Virus record (IMG/VR): IMGVR_UViG_3300021400_000012
Coordinates: 63,575-127,574 of that record
Direction: 5' to 3' (one strand)
DNA: 64,000 nucleotides
Source: a virus
Taxonomy: Duplodnaviria > Caudoviricetes
A program made the position numbers and the translations under genes. Below the pieces are notes generated by a model. It did not search any database. It was given only the letters and a program-made list of their open reading frames with translations, and was not told the DNA's origin. Position 1 is the first letter of the stretch, and every line of letters starts with the position of its first letter. Below, one piece after another: positions 13,256-25,364 of this stretch.

Positions 13256-14677
13256 ATGGCAAATTTAACCATTGGAAATAAATCAGCTGATTCAAGTTAT
13301 TCTTTATTGCTTGATGCGAATTTAAAAGTTTTAAATAGTCAAGCTGAAGAAGTCGATCTAATCAGTACGGCAGCTTCTGTTGCTTCAGATTCACTCGCAC
13401 GATTACAAGCAGCATCAGTTTATACAGTTTATAATGCAATTCCATCCTGGGCTAGGTCTTCGACAAAACCAACATATACGGCGGCCGAGGTAGGAGCTGT
13501 CCCGACATCAAGAACAGTCAACGGCCAGTCATTGAATTCTAATGTGACATTAACAGCCGCAAATGTTGGTGCGGTACCAACATCGAGAAAAGTAAATAAT
13601 TATAGTATTAATGAAGATGTCACTATTCAGGCAACTGATATTCCCTTCACACCAACTTAGGATATTTCAGCAACAAATGTCCAAGATGCAATTGCTGAAC
13701 TTATTAATGGTTCAGAGTATGAATATACAATTCATTCTAATACAGCAAGTTTGTATCATGAAAGTTATAAATTTGCGAATGGTATTTTAATCGAGAACAT
13801 TCATAGTATAAATACAGTAGTGACATCTTCATGGAACCAATCGGGTGGTATTTATTATATTATGTACTAGCCAATTGCGTTTGCGAATGAATTTATTAGA
13901 ACTCCTACAGCATAGATTTCTGCTAGAGGTTCTGCAGGGAATGTCAATGCATGGGCATGGTTTTATGGAGGAGTAACACCTACTTCAACAGGAAACTTTT
14001 TTGTGGGGCGAGGGAATAATACAGCAACCGGAACAATTGTTGTAATGATTACTGCAATTGGCAGATGGACTGAAGAAATAAATAGCACAATATCAGTTTC
14101 TTCTGGTGGTACGAGTACTTCTAACTATAATGACTTAACAAACAAACCGCAAGTGAATGGAAATACATTGACTGGAAATAAAGATGGTTCTACACTTGGA
14201 CTTGTTGATCTCAATCAAGATGCGACAAACTCTGGAAAGATTCTTGCAGTCGGAAGTGATGGCATTGTAGCTCCAACTTCAACAATAAATGGAGATTTGA
14301 CTGTTAGTGGAAAGTTTTATAATCGAGATTAGATTTATAATGGTTCTACCACGGCTCTTTCAACAGGAGATTATACCTTATCAAACAATATTTCTAACTA
14401 TCAATATTTAGAAATTTGGGCAGGGTTTAATGGGCGTGAAGATGTAAAGATTGTGCCAGTGCGATCCGGAACAAGTTTTTCAATCAGAATGTTGAATTTA
14501 TCTGATGAAACATCTACCTTTTTAACTGTGGTGGAGATGGGCTTATCTTTTAGTGGGACAACAATGACAATAGGACATACCGGATATTGGAATTGGACCG
14601 GAGTCGCCACTTCCGCCGCGACAATGTCTCAAGGTAAAACTGGTATTTATATAGAAAAAATTTATGGTGTTAGATAA
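13256..14677 (+). CDS. Tail fibre-like protein
   Basis: Joins track ORFs 13256, 14003 and 14453 via TAGs; KPTYTAAEVGA, VPTSRTVNG, NYNDLTNKP motifs. Confidence 0.8.
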
Positions 14678-14719
14678 TATCAGTACTAATAGCTGATTAA
14701 TATAAAGGGGGACTTAAAA

Positions 14720-14938
14720 ATGAGCAATAAAACTTATGATACCTTAAAATTAATTTCAATGATTGCAGGCTATGTTGCAACATTTGTTCTCACACTAGCT
14801 GATATTTGGGGCTTTACATATGGTACAGCGATCGCGGCAACCATTTCGGCATTTGGTATCTTATTAGGTTCAATTCTTACCAAGGCATCTAATGACTATT
14901 GGCATAAGAATGACATAAACATAGATAATCACGAATAA
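14720..14938 (+). CDS. Holin (Dp-1 family-like)
   Basis: MSNKTYDTLK...IWG..YG..I..TISA...LG; two hydrophobic helices. Confidence 0.75.
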   Translation: MSNKTYDTLKLISMIAGYVATFVLTLADIWGFTYGTAIAATISAFGILLGSILTKASNDYWHKNDINIDNHE

Positions 14939-14942
14939 ATTA

Positions 14943-14972
14943 AAAGAGGAGGTTTAAGACCTCCTCTTTTTT
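14943..14972. terminator. Bidirectional intrinsic terminator
   Basis: AAAAGAGGAGGT-ttaag-ACCTCCTCTTTTT between convergent genes. Confidence 0.8.
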
Positions 14973-16243
14973 TATTTAAAATACATAAAATCTCCAATCC
15001 AGCCTCGCTCTACTCCCCTCTCAGATGGAGTGTTTAAAAGTTCTCCTTGGAAAACCATCGTCGAGGAGCCACCGCCATCTAGTGGATATCCAAGCGTACA
15101 ACCCAACTTTTTTAAGGTATTGGCGCAGTCATATCCAGTTAGGCCAGGTCCACCTCCATTAATTCCATCTCCTTCTGCTACACAAATCCAAATATCACCC
15201 GGCTTTTCATTTGTACCTATGAATGTTCTTGGACGGCGCGAGCCACCTTGAGAGATGGTAATGGTTCCATTTTTTAAATAGGCATAACCAAAGCCTAGAG
15301 TGTCGGTTGCAATTCCCCTATCTCTAATAACTTTTAACTTCATATTTTTATATGGGCCACCAAATCCAGGAAATAAAAGCCCTGTATCTTGACTATATAA
15401 AGCTGGAGTACAATATTTTTCAGCTGAAAAATCTGGGATTATTCTATCGTGCATTTCTCCACTGCCATTGATTTTTGCTGCGCTTCCATTGACACAGAAT
15501 ATAGCTTTTGTTGCGCCGGCCGCCTACGAAGTTGTGGCAGTAGGATGGTAGTAAGTTTTAAGGCGACTATAATCTTTAAAAGTTAAATGCGCGCAATATA
15601 CATTTACATTTTCGATTTTTTCACGCGTAATTATAATTGAACCAGTTGGGCTTTGGTAGGTTTTTTGCCAAGTTAAAAGTTTATCTGCAATTCGTTTTTC
15701 TTTTACACCATGGTCAATATAATGAATATAATATTGGGTGTTATCGGCGCCAAAGGCTTTTTGTAAATCAACATAATTTGATTTATAATATTCCATATTA
15801 AAATTTTGACTTGCTTGGCGACCCTCTTTCATACCATAAGTAATGAAATGGTTGAACAAGTCAGTTGCATTATCTTTAAAAGCAGCTTTTAAGTCTGGAT
15901 AATGGTTTGAGTAGTAGTCAGCATCAAACACCAATTTATAGTCTCGGCCGCCGTAAATGGTATTTACGACGGACTTTTTATATGCTTCACGACCTTCTTT
16001 ATGACCATATTCTATATAGTGAAGGTAATAGGCTTTTAAATTATTTCCAAATGCTTTTTGAAGGTCTGGATATTTGCTTTTATAATACTGGACATTAAAT
16101 GTTGAAATTGCCTGGCGCCCTTCGTTCATACCATAGACGGTGAAGTGGGCTAATAAAGCAGCTTCATTTGTACCAAATGCGGCTTTGAGGTCAGGATATT
16201 TGGATGAATAATATTGAGCATTAAATACAAGTGAATAGTCCAT
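14972..16243 (-). CDS. Repeat-containing phosphodiester glycosidase (NAGPA-like) protein
   Basis: Two track ORFs joined by TAG at 15524; N-terminal FxAxYYxxxYPDL repeats; C-terminal PRTFIG...LDGGGSS. Confidence 0.75.
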
Positions 16244-16303
16244 TTTTGAAGTTTCCTTTATATTGTTTTAAATGTTGTTGCCATACGTCTTCCTTTAAAT
16301 TAA

Positions 16304-16882
16304 TTAGCTATTAGGTCCTACATCAGGAGTGGTGCTAGGAACCCCATCAATATCTGATGAGTAAAACTCTATCGTATCTCCATCCCCAAGAAACTGGACA
16401 AAATAGTGTCCTTCAACAGAGGGGCGCCTAAAACTGCTGAGAAGATAAATAATGGTTGTTCGATATTCAGTATCAGGATTCGAAACTTCCATGACAGCCT
16501 GTACCATGCCATTATTTGCGACAAAATCACTGATCTCTCTATATGTCTTGTCAAGATATAGAATATCGTCCGAACTAGGATCTACAGTGATTCTGCAAGT
16601 CATCACGCCGCTGCCAGAAGGACTTAGTGTATCATCATCGCTAGTGTCATAAAGAGTATCCGCAATTTTTGCTAATGATTCTTCTACTGAAGGAAAGCTT
16701 ACAGTTTTTCCACCTTCAGCGTGTAGCTGTTCATCAGCACCAACGTTATAAGTTACGTTAGTTGAAATGCAATAAATTCTATCGCCAAAACGAAGATTTT
16801 CTTGTGCAACAATTTCTTCTAATCCATCGGTATCGGCATAATATAAATCGCCGACCTGTCCATGTTGTATTAATTTATACAT
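16304..16882 (-). CDS. Hypothetical acidic protein
   Basis: Intact ORF with SD AAGGAG. Confidence 0.65.
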   Translation of the reverse strand: MYKLIQHGQVGDLYYADTDGLEEIVAQENLRFGDRIYCISTNVTYNVGADEQLHAEGGKTVSFPSVEESLAKIADTLYDTSDDDTLSPSGSGVMTCRITVDPSSDDILYLDKTYREISDFVANNGMVQAVMEVSNPDTEYRTTIIYLLSSFRRPSVEGHYFVQFLGDGDTIEFYSSDIDGVPSTTPDVGPNS

Positions 16883-16899
16883 TTTTATTCTCCTTGAAA

Positions 16900-17283
16900 T
16901 TATTCGGGTGTTTGGTTAGGGTGAACTGAATTATCTGGCTAAATTATTAGCTAACTACTATAAATATTAACATAAATGAATTTTGTTTCTTCATCATACT
17001 GCACAGATGAGTAAATTCCCTTATATGCAGGTACATAATGATCTCCAGTGCCAACTTCTGGCCAATTAATAAATACAAAAACTAACTCTCCATGTTGTAA
17101 CGAGTTTTTGATATCTAAATAATTTATATCTGTAAAACTGGGAGCATCTGTAGACTCATCATAAGAATAAGTAGTTTCAAATGTTTTAACCACTTCCATA
17201 TTCGAAATTCCCTATTCTATATTATTTAGTCTGTTGGTAGTAATAATATCACCATCTATCCAATTTGTTTTTATGTACGACAT
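16900..17283 (-). CDS. Small virion-type protein, paralog 3 (WxxGDxIT..LNxIE)
   Basis: MSYIKTNWIDGDIITTNRLNNIE(TAG)GI; TAATG coupling; ends TAA. Confidence 0.7.
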
Positions 17284-17630
17284 TAAAGAGTTCCCCCTTC
17301 TTCCTCTCTTTCTAAATTGCCATTTGTATTTAGAAATAACTTCATACTGCCTGTAAAAAAAATAGAACCAGTATTCGGATGTAAGTAGTTAAATGTAACA
17401 AGAGAAGACATATTTTGAAAATTAACTTTTAACAACACTACTTTTTCATTATTAATGGCACTTAAACACTCTTGATAATCTATACTTGTAAAAGTAGGAG
17501 ATGATGGATTAGACATCGTAGTTTCAAAAATCACTACATTCGAAGAAGATGCAATCCCGTCCTCTATATGATTGAGCTTGGCGGCGGTTATAGTATCCCC
17601 ATTTGTCCAAGTTTGTTTTGTATATGACAT
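17283..17630 (-). CDS. Small virion-type protein, paralog 2
   Basis: MSYTKQTWTNGDTITAAKLNHIEDGI. Confidence 0.75.
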   Translation of the reverse strand: MSYTKQTWTNGDTITAAKLNHIEDGIASSSNVVIFETTMSNPSSPTFTSIDYQECLSAINNEKVVLLKVNFQNMSSLVTFNYLHPNTGSIFFTGSMKLFLNTNGNLEREEEGGTL

Positions 17631-17642
17631 TATAAACTCCTT

Positions 17643-17963
17643 TTAATCTAAAGGCACTTCAATACTTCCATCTGGATATAACACAAATTCACCAAAATAA
17701 TACCTTACCTCTTTTGACGAATCATTAAACTCTGTATTCGAACAATATAAGAGAGTTGTTCCATCCTAATAAACAAATAATACCGGCACCTAATTATTAT
17801 TTATAGCAGCGATAAAATCATTATAATTTATACTTGACATTGAATTAGTCTAAGCATCATAAGTCGTATGAAATACAGCAATCCCGCTTCCTTGCGCGAC
17901 TTCATTTTCAATTCTATTCAAATCCTCAGCGGTGACAAGGTCTCCTTTTTTCCATTTCACCAT
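17643..17963 (-). CDS. Small virion-type protein, paralog 1
   Basis: MVKWKKGDLVTAEDLNRIENEV; 3 TAGs; SD AAGGAG. Confidence 0.7.
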
Positions 17964-18009
17964 TGGTCTATCTCCTTAAGAAATATTATTCTATAAAGAA
18001 GTAAAAAAT

Positions 18010-19056
18010 TTAAAAATAAGTTCTACGCTTTTGCTTATTACTAATCCAAAATAAATTATTTCTTGCTCTCGTAGCCGCGACATAACTAATATTAATCTCA
18101 TCATCTGAATGATAATTATTAAACATAGTCCCATAAACCATTACATTATTCCATTCTAAGCCTTTCGCGCTATGTACGGTCAAAATTTTTACAGTATCAC
18201 GATTCATTCGTTCATCCATATCATCTTTAGTCATACGAGCTTGTTTAAAAGTTTCATAAGAGATACCAGTTTCAGATAATGTCGCAGAAAATCTATCAAC
18301 ATCTTTATTCCATCTACACAGAATTGCCCATTGATTATATGGCGGCCGAGCCTCAATTCGTGAGATTATGTCATAATCATCAAGTCTAATTTGTTCATCT
18401 ATTCCCATTACTTGTCGCATTGGAATAGAATTATCAATTTCACCCGAACGCTAAATAATTCGACGAGCATCTTCTAAAATTCTAATGCTATTACGATAAT
18501 TTTCTAGCAAATCAAAAGAATGCACGTCTGGCCGCGCTGCAAGCGCTTTTAATAATTTTGGCTTTGCACCATTCCATTGGTAAATTGATTGTTTAACATC
18601 GCCACAAACAAAAAAACAATCAGGATTTATCATATCAAAAATAAACTCAAATTGATGTTCATCTGAGTCTTGAGCTTCATCTAATAAAACCCATTCATAA
18701 TGTTTAACACAATGTGGATTTTTCTTTACTAATTCAAATAATTTATCAAATTGTTCTTTATTAAGAATTGAACTGGTTGAAATCCCAGCGATATTTAAAA
18801 GTTGATTGGCAAGTGAATGTATTGTTCCAACGTATAAACCAGGCTTATAGTCATTTCCAAGACGTCCACGTAATTCTGATGCAGCTAAATTTGTAAAAGT
18901 AATAACTGCAATTTGTCGCGGATCAACGTTGTTGCGCAAAAGCGATCTAACTTTTTCTGTCATTAAAGTTGTTTTACCACTCGCCGCACTTGCCATAACT
19001 ACAATTCGATTGTAAGGTGCATTTATAATATCTTGTTGTGCTAATGAAAGTTGCAT
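18010..19056 (-). CDS. Compact UvrD/Rep-family SF1 helicase
   Basis: ASAASGKT, ITFTN, LLDEAQD, GDVKQSIY, ENYR, TVHSAKGLEW, YVAATRA; halves joined by TAG 18451-18453. Confidence 0.9.
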
Positions 19057-20006
19057 TAACCTTCCCTCTGATTATATCCATATGTTTTTGTATCATAGAA
19101 TGTAATCCAATATTTTTCTCTTTCTGTTAATTCTTCTTTTGGCACTTCTTCAATTACTTCCCAAGTAAAAGCATCAACTCCATATTTCTTTAAAGCGCGC
19201 TAAAACTGAGATTCAGCTACTCCACCCAATCCCATTGCAGCTTTAATATGGTTTTGCCAACGATCAGCAATCTTTACGCTTTTACCAATGTAACTCTCAT
19301 GTGTTTGAATATTTGTTACTTTATAAATACCAGAAGGGTTTCGATTTACTAAAACTCTCTGTATCATTTCTTTGGTTGGCCGCGAAATATAATTGTCATA
19401 AATAAATTTATTAAAAATTTCAACACTCGACAATCGTGGCCGAATTTCATTTAAAATTGCAATATCTTCTTTTACGGCATTGGTAAGCTGAACACAATAA
19501 AATTCATTCTTTTCTTCGATCGCGCGCCGTCTAAGAATTTCTTTATTTACAGCATCAAACTTAGATTGATATTCAGCTAATTTGGTAACTGTATATTTTA
19601 ACTATTCTTCTTTTACAACGCGCTCGCGGTCAAGCGATTTAACTGTTTCATAGTAATTTTGAGTTGCCGCAGTCTGTGCTGATTTTGCCCATTCTGCAAC
19701 TTCATTGTTCATTTCGTGAATTTTATGATCTTTTTCTTCAGCGATTATTCGTTCCAATTCTTGTTCACGAAATTGTTTTAAAGATTCATTAAAATCAGAC
19801 TTAATATTAATTTCATGCTCAAGGTCTTTAAGCTCATTTATTTTCGCATTTACAGATGTAGTAATATCTGCATATTTATCATTTAACTGCTATACATACT
19901 ACTACTCATATTTGTGAAAATGATTCTTTTTTTCCTTGTTGTAATGAATAATATAAATGATTAGCGTAATAGCTAATATTGCACAAACAATGTATATATA
20001 CCACAT
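19056..20006 (-). CDS. Membrane-anchored coiled-coil protein with C-terminal GIY-YIG nuclease
   Basis: N-terminal hydrophobic helix; GIYKVTN...YIGKS...RWQNH...REKYWI...GYN; several TAGs. Confidence 0.8.
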
Positions 20007-20132
20007 TAAACTATTCTCCATTATTTTCTTTAATTATATTATATCAAAATTTCCCGTGATTTTCAAGTTTGCAAATTTGATTTTTCTAAAAAACTATAGT
20101 ATAATTATAGTATAAATAAGGAGAATATTATC

Positions 20133-21251
20133 ATGAAGAATTATATTGATAGTGTTAATTTTCACGAGCTTGAACCGCAGCGTTATTGGACGCCGCCTGC
20201 GTCGTGGGACGATAATCGGAAGAAAACTGAAGTGCAGAACGCAATCTTCTCTGGCGATTATATCGGCGCCCGTAAAATGGATGGCGCCTTCTACAAGTTT
20301 GTGAAAGATGAAGATGGTAATATGGAATTGCTCGGCCGCAGTAAAAGCGTGAGCGGTGATTATCTCAATAAACTTGATTGGGTTCCACAACTGCATTCTT
20401 TCTTCGATAATCTCCCAAATGGGACTTGTTTAATTGGAGAAATTTATTTTCCGAATAACGAAGGTTCAAATCATGTGACCACCATTATGGGTTGTTTGAA
20501 AGAAAGAGCAGTCGCGCGCCAAGAAAGTGGAGAAAGACTTCACTATTATATTTTTGATGTACTTGCTTTCGCGCAGAACTCCTGGTATAAGTCTAATATA
20601 GAAGATAGAGTTGCACTTCTTAATGAGATCAGTAATGGTTGGAGTTCCGAATTTGTCGAGTTCGCCAAGTATTATGAAGGTGCCGAGCTTTGGGAGCAGC
20701 TTCAGTCTATTCTTGCAGCCGGCGGCGAAGGCATCGTCATCACGAAGAAAGGAACTTGTTACCAGCCAGGTAAGCGTCCGGCGCGGCAGACTTTTAAAGT
20801 TAAAAAAGAACTTCAAGAAACTCTTGATGTTGTAATTCTTGGCGCGAATCCGCCAACTCGTCTTTACACTGGTAAAGAAATTATGAGCTGGCGGTTGTGG
20901 GAAGACCTTCGAACTGGAGAAAAGTTAGAAGGCGCGCTCTATAAGCGATATAGTGATGGGGATCCAATTGAACCGGTCACAAAGACCTACTGGAATGGAT
21001 GGGCCGGATCTTTCATTATTGGATTATATGACTTAAATAATAAAAAATATATTCCTATTGGTTCATTGAGCGGTTTAACCGAAGAAATGTTACAAAATTG
21101 GAAATCTTATGAAGGAAAAGTAGCTGAAATCTCAGGTATGCAATTAATGCGAGATAATAATGGTAAATTTACAGGCATTCGACATCCACGGTTAGTTAAT
21201 CTTCGTTTAGATAAAAATCCCAATGAGTGTTTAATGGAACAAGTTCAATGA
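20133..21251 (+). CDS. ATP-dependent DNA ligase
   Basis: KMDG (motif I), LIGEIY, YIFDV, EGIVI, KVKK, IRHPR. Confidence 0.85.
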   Translation: MKNYIDSVNFHELEPQRYWTPPASWDDNRKKTEVQNAIFSGDYIGARKMDGAFYKFVKDEDGNMELLGRSKSVSGDYLNKLDWVPQLHSFFDNLPNGTCLIGEIYFPNNEGSNHVTTIMGCLKERAVARQESGERLHYYIFDVLAFAQNSWYKSNIEDRVALLNEISNGWSSEFVEFAKYYEGAELWEQLQSILAAGGEGIVITKKGTCYQPGKRPARQTFKVKKELQETLDVVILGANPPTRLYTGKEIMSWRLWEDLRTGEKLEGALYKRYSDGDPIEPVTKTYWNGWAGSFIIGLYDLNNKKYIPIGSLSGLTEEMLQNWKSYEGKVAEISGMQLMRDNNGKFTGIRHPRLVNLRLDKNPNECLMEQVQ

Positions 21252-21375
21252 TAGTATATATTTATAATTTTCCTAAAGCTTTAAATATAAATCATAGTCT
21301 TCCTTCATATGCGCTTAATCATTCACATTATGGCGGAGGATATTATTTTTATTTTTATAATGAAGAGAAATGTTA

Positions 21376-21768
21376 ATGATGAGTTCATTTGAAAAAATTG
21401 TACGCTCGATTCTTGTTGAATCGGGCGTACAGTTTGAATAGGAAAAACAATTTAAAGATCTCTATAACGGTTTATATCGCTTTGATTTTTATCTTCCAGT
21501 TTAGAATTGTGTACTTGAAATTCAGGGGATGCAGCACTACATATTTACTAAACAATTTTATGCAAATCGGTCAGATTTTTTAAAAGCTCAAGAACGTGAC
21601 CGCCGCAAATTAGCTTATTGTCTAGCCAATAACATTAAAGCTTATTGTATACCATATTGGGAAATGGGGAATATAAATACAATTGATGATATTTTTTAGG
21701 ATAAATTTCTTGCACGGTCAAAATTCCATAATGATGAAGTCTGGAGACTACAAAAGTCTAAACAGTAA
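21376..21768 (+). CDS. PD-(D/E)xK (Vsr/DUF559-like) endonuclease
   Basis: FE(TAG)EKQF...RFDFYLP...EIQGMQHY...ERDRRK..YC..NNI...IPYW. Confidence 0.75.
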
Positions 21769-21816
21769 GGTTTATTTTTCTACTTAATAGTGAGAAAAAT
21801 GTAGGAGGCCATTCAA

Positions 21817-22158
21817 ATGGACTGGACCGCAATCATCGTCGCAGCGATTCCTGTCATACCGTTGCTCCTCACTACGATTTTAACCGCAAGAGGTACGAAT
21901 AAGAAGGTGCAAAAAGTCTCAGATGCACAAAAGTTGATAACCGATGCGCAACTGGATTTAATGCGCAATGAAATTGTAAAGATTTATTATAAACGTCAAG
22001 ATGTCAAATAGTTATATCAATATGAACGAGAATCTCTTGATAAGCTTTATGAAGGTTATCATTCTGGTGGAGGCAATACTTTTATTGATGATATTTACGC
22101 AGAAATGCGTCATTGGAAAGTTGTACCGGCCGGACAAAAAATTGAAGATGATGAGTGA
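21817..22158 (+). CDS. Holin-like membrane protein
   Basis: N-terminal TM helix; LMRNEI...LYEGYHSGGGN; extended through a TAG to TGA. Confidence 0.65.
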
Positions 22159-22160
22159 TA

Positions 22161-22194
22161 AAAAGAGACCTCGCATTAAGCGAGGTCTTTTTTT
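22161..22194. terminator. Bidirectional terminator
   Basis: AGACCTCGC-attaa-GCGAGGTCT followed by T-tract. Confidence 0.75.
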
Positions 22195-22712
22195 AAAAAA
22201 TCAACTACATTATTTTCTAAATCTTTTAAGCTGCCGTTGTTATCAATTATAATATCATAATCATAATTATAAACTTCATTATCAGCATGATTTGATGTTT
22301 TTGCTTCTTCATCAACATCTTTACGATCAATTAAAATCGATTTCGCGCCAAGTCCATCACAAAGCTTTTTTATTTCGGCGGGTTCTCTACAATCAATAAA
22401 TACAACCCCACAAGATGGATCGACATCATACTAATCAAGGTGAAAATAAAACAAGTCTAAATCATTGCAAATTTTATTATAGGGAACGTCGCCCCATTCG
22501 GTTAAGAGATCTTTTAGATCGGATAAAAATTTACGATTTTTTGGCGTTTTAGTACCATCCCAGCCGCACTCTTTTGCAATATCTTTTACAAAATCAATAG
22601 TAGAGCAAATTAATGTAGGTCGATATACCTAATGTAATTTTGCTGCGGCGATTTCTTCAAAAGTAGTTTTTCCACATCCAGGAGAACCATTTACAATAAA
22701 AATATTTTTCAT
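22176..22712 (-). CDS. Deoxynucleoside monophosphate kinase-like P-loop protein
   Basis: IFIVNGSPGCGKTT, GWDGTK..KNRKFL, FIDCREP.EI, NHAD, IIDNNGSL; 2 TAGs. Confidence 0.8.
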
Positions 22713-23665
22713 TACTTTTTACGAATTACCCATTCAAGCCATTTGTTAAAACTAAGTTCAGGAAAAATGGCTTCATTTGAAAAGAAAATAATACCTTTAC
22801 AACTACGTTCTACCTCTTGCCAAAAATCTAACTAATCCATAGCCTCATGTAACCAATGTGTATCTAGCTTTTGAAGATAGTATTGAGCTTTTTCTGTAGG
22901 TAAATCATAATGCATTGCAATCATACTTTCGTTATATAAATAAACCAAAGTACGCGCCGCGATAGAGGGGTTCATATGTAATGTTTGTTTATAAATATCG
23001 CGTAGACCATCGACTTGAGATAGGATATATTGTTCCCAGCCTTTTTTGAAAAAGCCTTTTAATCCATCTTTGCGCGTTAATGAATTTGGATTATCCATCA
23101 TTAAAACCGTGACTTCATGTAGTTGCCCGCGTCGTTGAGTCGAATTCCATGCTACGACGTTGAAATATGAATCTTCATTCAGTCGTAAATTAGGATGAAA
23201 ACGAATATTGTTGTCTTTCAGGTAACTCGCGCGATAAATTTTTCCAGCACACCATGTAATTGCAGTAGTATTGACATCCTATAAAAGATTAGTATCTTCT
23301 TGATGTCTTACAAAACTTGAACTAATAATATCAAGTTTTTCTTTTTCAATGCCGCGTGCTAGTGATTCAACGGCCTGCGGAAGAACTAAATCATCAGAAT
23401 CACAAAGCATAAAATATTCTGACGTATTATCTGCATCCATGCCAGCCTGGCGCGCGAGCCCCGGCCCAACATTTTCAGGTAACGTAATTAAATTAATAGT
23501 TAAGCTACGTTCACGAAATTCTTCAATAATATCGGTATAATCTTCTCCATCGCAGTCATTAACAAGCGTTACAAAAAAGTCTTTGGTTGTCTAAATTAGT
23601 AATGATGTTAAAACTGCTGGGAGTGTTTTCTTTGAATGATATACTGGAATAATAATATCAACCAT
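22712..23665 (-). CDS. Glycosyltransferase family 2
   Basis: DIIIPVYH, SLLI(TAG)T, LVNDCD, NVGPGLARQAG, CDSDD. Confidence 0.85.
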
Positions 23666-24113
23666 TAAACTCCTTTGCCTCCACAGCCCTGCGATCGACA
23701 TAATTATTCCAATAGTCATCGTCATGGCCTTTTACTTTATAAAAATTAAAAATATCTGATTCAAAATATGGAATTAAACAAATCCATAATTCTTTATTAG
23801 CGACTGGTTGTTTTTTAGAATTTAACCAATCATTTTTTATCCAGTTTTTCCACCAGCCTTGAGAGTAGCAATTCATACAATATGCAGAGTCGCTATAAAC
23901 ATCAAAATGTTGGTACATAGGATACATCTTCGATGCAGCGTCACAAGCATCGATTAATGCTCGAAGTTCACATTGGTTATTTGTAACTTCCCTATCAGAT
24001 CCCCACCCTTGAAGTACAATCTGATTATTATTGTCCACAATAACCCAGGCCCAGCCGCCTTTCGCGCCTTTGTAGCCATTATTTGAAGTTGCACCATCAG
24101 TATAAATTTTCAT
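23658..24113 (-). CDS. rnhA: Ribonuclease HI
   Basis: IYTDGA, TNNQCEL, SDSAY, PVANKELW, KVKGH, N..VD. Confidence 0.9.
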   Translation of the reverse strand: MKIYTDGATSNNGYKGAKGGWAWVIVDNNNQIVLQGWGSDREVTNNQCELRALIDACDAASKMYPMYQHFDVYSDSAYCMNCYSQGWWKNWIKNDWLNSKKQPVANKELWICLIPYFESDIFNFYKVKGHDDDYWNNYVDRRAVEAKEFNG

Positions 24114-24114
24114 A

Positions 24115-24504
24115 TTATTTGTTCTTTCTTGGATAATAATTTTGTGCAATGTGATAAAATGGATCAACCACTTTTTCTAAATTGGCATCTTCAATATCGC
24201 TAATGAAACGATCAAGCTTCATACCGCCATTATGTTTAACACGTTTTATGCTGCGGTTATGAAATCGAAGCCGTGTTTTCCAATAGGAAATTAAAGGCAT
24301 ATCTAAATAAGCTTCACGTTTTAAAACTTGACAAGCTAAATTAATGATATTTAACATCGCCCAATGTTTTTCATCTTCATAATGCACATCAGAAAAACGA
24401 ATGATACCATCGTTTTTAGAAATAGTATTTAGATTTAAAAATGCTACATTAACTAATTTATCAAGGAACTCAAAATATTCTTTATCAAACTTTTTCTCTT
24501 CCAT
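24115..24504 (-). CDS. Hypothetical protein
   Basis: Intact ORF, SD AAGGAG, upstream promoter. Confidence 0.6.
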   Translation of the reverse strand: MEEKKFDKEYFEFLDKLVNVAFLNLNTISKNDGIIRFSDVHYEDEKHWAMLNIINLACQVLKREAYLDMPLISYWKTRLRFHNRSIKRVKHNGGMKLDRFISDIEDANLEKVVDPFYHIAQNYYPRKNK

Positions 24505-24717
24505 AATAATACTCCTTTTATTACTTATATTATACTAAATAATTCACAATTTTTCAAATTTTCTAATGCTTTTTAAAACTTGAAAATTTTCATATTTTAT
24601 GTTATTTTCGCGTGCGTCTGCGCGTATTTAATAAGGAAGGAATCTTTTTGAAACCCAAAATTTGAATTTTGACTAAAATTTTTATATAATATAATCAGAA
24701 ATATTAAAGGAGTAGTT

Positions 24718-25005
24718 ATGAAAGTTATCACTCAAAAAGAAATTAAAGAAATCAATCAGCTTTATGTAAAATTTAAAACATATGCTGCTGTAGCTCGTGC
24801 TACTGGATTTAGTCCTGCTACAGTAAAAAAATATGTTATCAAAGATTGGGCTGATTTAGATGAATCTACTTTTATCAGATTTGACCGTCCGTTACCAGAT
24901 TTTGATAGTACTCTTTTTCGCTGTGATGACTGGGGTCCATTATGTACATTAACTTCAGATGAAGAACGAGAGATTCGTGAGCTGTGGAAGGAATTAGAAG
25001 TATGA
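24718..25005 (+). CDS. HTH-containing protein
   Basis: TYAAVARATGFSPATVKKYV helix-turn-helix. Confidence 0.65.
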   Translation: MKVITQKEIKEINQLYVKFKTYAAVARATGFSPATVKKYVIKDWADLDESTFIRFDRPLPDFDSTLFRCDDWGPLCTLTSDEEREIRELWKELEV

Positions 25006-25358
25006 AAAAGTATTTTTATTTAGAAGAATCTCCGGTTTACAAAAATAAATACATCATTCGTATGAACCATGAATTGTTTCTTTTTCCAAATGGTATTTCT
25101 GGTTCTTACAATGTATTTGTCGCGCGCCTTCTAAACCTTAGTTATGCAGATTATTTACGTTATTCTCGTGATCGACTTGGCGCTGAATTAATTGGTAAAA
25201 ATACGAGATATATAATTCCTTATTATGAAAATAATGCTGAGACTAGAGCGCTTATTAAATTATTAAATACTCGAATGGAATATATTATGCATGAGCATGA
25301 ATTTCCTTTTAGTTACATGGAGGATAAAGATGGCAATGTTTTACGGACGCCATTATAA
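25002..25358 (+). CDS. Hypothetical protein
   Basis: ATG 25002 overlaps previous gene. Confidence 0.6.
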   Translation: MKKYFYLEESPVYKNKYIIRMNHELFLFPNGISGSYNVFVARLLNLSYADYLRYSRDRLGAELIGKNTRYIIPYYENNAETRALIKLLNTRMEYIMHEHEFPFSYMEDKDGNVLRTPL

Positions 25359-25364
25359 TGTTGA

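Noticed and set aside
1-14677. Diversity-generating retroelement acting on fibre genes
   Set aside because: No reverse transcriptase and no TR/VR pair differing at adenines seen; repeats are protein-level duplications
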